64,000 bases of DNA from Lama glama (taxonomy: Eukaryota): NCBI GenBank assembly GCA_028534125.1, contig CM052817.1, positions 44,456,001-44,520,000 of the forward strand, read 5' to 3'. The notes beneath the pieces are model-generated. The model was given only the letters and a program-made list of their open reading frames with translations. It ran no database searches and was not told the DNA's origin. The first letter of the stretch is position 1. Each line of letters begins with the position of its first letter. The translations under genes were made by a program, and so were the position numbers. This document shows, piece by piece, positions 61,141-64,000 of this stretch.

Positions 61141-64000
61141 AGACAGAGGGAGAGGGAGAGGGAGGGTGGGGAGAGAGAGTTATCATGGATGAAAGTGGTC
61201 CCCGCAAGAAGAAAGTCCTCTTGTGTTTCATTTTGGCATAGCTGCATAATCAAGTAGCTAGCTATTGGGGGTTAGGTAAAATTTTCAAAACCAAAAAATC
61301 AAAGGCCTATAGTTTTTCTATCAGGAAATTTTAAACCATATGTTCGATAGCACCTATTAGAACTACTCGGAGGCATGGATGAAGCTGAAACTGTAGCCAC
61401 ACTGCCACTGTAGCTTGGAAAGTATTTTGGCCTCCTGGGGAGGCAGAGATTTGGCCGAGCATCTCACTCAATACAGGAAGTGCAGCTCAAAGGCACCGGA
61501 TAAACGAGGAGTGTGACACTAAACTCTTTCTGCTCTGCTCACACAGTTGAAGGATGCCTGAATTGTGAGCAAGGCTTACCTATCGGTTTTGCACACAGGG
61601 ATCATTTCCAACAATAATTACTGACTATGAAATGTCATTTCACTGAGGTTAATGTGGGGACAACAGGTCAGAGAGGGAAAAATTGTAAATCATATGCTAT
61701 TTTTCCTTTCAAATCAGAAAGCTATTAAAATCCATTACAGACTACCTCAAATCTTTTTGCAAATATGTCAACTCTCACCTGGCTTTCATTCAAATAACCT
61801 TTCCAACGTTCAGTATTATTACCAAATCCAAAAACATGTTGAAGCATCTCTGAATTACGCAATGTATACACTGACTCCGTATTAGTTCAGATGTGCTTTT
61901 AACACTCTGATTCATGTCAATCACTTTTTCCTCATTTCTGTCTGGCTTCTTCAAGCAAAACCCAACTTAAGAAAGAAACACCACAGTAACTACTCTTTAC
62001 AAAAATGTGACCGAGGAGGGACACAGGGCACCAAATTTGAATGTGCAGTGGTAACTGCCTTTGCTGGGGATTCTCATGCCCCACACCCACTCTGGGAAAC
62101 TTGAATAACAAAACAGACTCAAGTCTTCCAAAATTACTCAGGCTGCAGCAAACGCTGTCTGCTCACGCTGCTCACGCCTCATCTCCCAGGAAACCCAGAA
62201 ACTTCCCAAGAATGACATTACGGCGGCAAAGCAGGCAGCCGAGTGAACCCTGGAGCTGGAATATACTGTCTTTTGCAGACAACAGGGCTTCAGAGTCAAA
62301 GCCACAAGACCAAGGGCAGGCACAGCATCCAGAAGAAAGCCTCCAGTAGGATGCACAGAATGGACCACAAACATGTGGATCCAGACAGAAGCACACCCGC
62401 TGAAATGGCTGATTGCAGAGCAGGTGTTTATCACCCTGGCATCTTAAGGAGAAATAAAAGGGGGAGGTGAAGGTTTTATGATGATTTTATTTATGTTTAA
62501 AAATACCGGGTAATCTTTTAGCATGTCTGTTTCTCTCCTACATAAATAGATATTTTAAAAATATTTGATGAGGGAATCTGAAATAACCTACATTGAAAAT
62601 CCGTGTACATGAATTACAAATATTAACCTGCTTGGAATGAAAAATGAAACAAGAGTTTCTCTGAGAACTGGACCCAAACTCTCTCCACTTGAGAAAGAAA
62701 CCGCAGACTCCTCGGTCATGGTCCATCTGAGTGTGTGGGGAATTTATTTGCTCCCTCTCCCCCACCCCCGAAGGTCTCTTGCTCCAAATCCTGCGTGTTT
62801 TTTCAGGATCACACTCCCAGCTCCCACTGCTGAAAAACACTTTGGTGTTCCGTGCAAATCCGAAGCTAAACAGGGAAGAGGCAGAAAGAGATTTTGAAGC
62901 ATAAGCATCTAGTAAGACCATAGTTCTGTATCCTGTTTGTCAGCTAGCAGGGAAAAAGCCTTTATTTAAGCAACATTCAACTGAAAAAAAAATGATTTTT
63001 TAAAATACCATCTTTCTTAAAAGAAATATTCGTGTCAGTTGGATGAGAAAATATAGAATGTTCTTGCTACGTCCTTGAAAAGGTCCAGGTCATCGTTTGG
63101 GCTACATCGTACATGAAAAGTTCTGAGTGGGAGCCCAGTGCTTCCTCCCACTCCCTCCACCCCGCCCACCGCAATTAACTCTCTAGCTAGAAGTCAAGTT
63201 TTATAATCTGCTAAGTGACCAGACAGACAGACTGGCTCTGCAAGGTAATGTTTCCAATTTGACTCACACTTGTGGTCTTTGACCTTAACAGTCATTTGTG
63301 GTCCAAGTGCCATAGACATTCTGAAGGGTGGTGTACTCAGTGATAAGCTTAGACATTCAGGCTTGGGTTGACTTTTTGCCTTGCTGTCCACAGACTTGGA
63401 ACAACAGGAGATACGTGTTGTAGAAAAGGAAGGAGGGAAAAGGAAAGGAAAAGAAAAAACCAAAACATATTTCTTGAGGCAAAATATCCCAAACTTGAGC
63501 CATAAACGAAGTCAAAAGCATAAAATAAATCTTCAGGGAGTTCTTCCCCCTAAAATAAACACACACAGCACTAAAAGAGTAAACAGAGGCAAGCTGTAAA
63601 TCAAAATCTTCCGCCTAATGCATTCCTGGCGTTTCTTCCTGAGAGCGAATGCCAGTGAGAAACGGGTGAGCGCAGACAGACAACGAGACGTTAGGGCAAG
63701 CTGACTCAGTCATTTTCATCAGAGAGATAAGATCACCTGGCCCCCTTCAGTGGCTTTAATAGCTAATGTCCCTCCATCTGATTTTGATCCTCAAAACCAT
63801 AAATTGGGAAGGAAAATCCCCTTTGCTTTTAGACATCACTACCCACAACTTAAGCAAAGACAGTCCAGGGAATAATAAAAATATTCAGAGCCATCAAATA
63901 AGAGCTATCATTACATCCATTCTTTGCTGGCAGACTCAGCTCCCCACGGCCTCCTTGTCTCCACCCAGGCAAAATGTGGCTTTCAGATCCCATTTTTTGT

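Overview
This is mammalian genomic DNA, most likely a camelid (alpaca, llama or camel), inferred from five tRNA-Ala(AGC)-derived vic-1-type SINEs. About 8.6-9.35 kb is a CpG-island promoter. A minus-strand first exon there ends in GCGGCG-ATG|gtgagt and is preceded by a 25-codon uORF, so bases 1-8848 are probably intron 1 of a gene I could not name. The remaining ~55 kb is upstream or intergenic sequence dominated by transposons: old MIR, L2, CR1/L3, MLT1, MER21, MER5, MER20 and L1M elements, plus many younger, heavily 5'-truncated L1 3' ends with target-site duplications (TSDs). None of the supplied ORFs resembles a real protein apart from decayed L1 ORF2 fragments. I found no CRISPR array, rRNA, bona fide tRNA or convincing new biological system. 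The best second-look items are: an orphan L1-mediated retrocopy of non-L1 polyadenylated sequence with a perfect 20-bp TSD (56.6 kb); a tiny polyadenylated retro-insert (26.4 kb); the uORF plus ATG-terminal exon 1; and a possible chain of minus-strand non-coding exons at 47.7-62.4 kb. Repeat names and boundaries were assigned by eye from remembered consensus sequences and are approximate.
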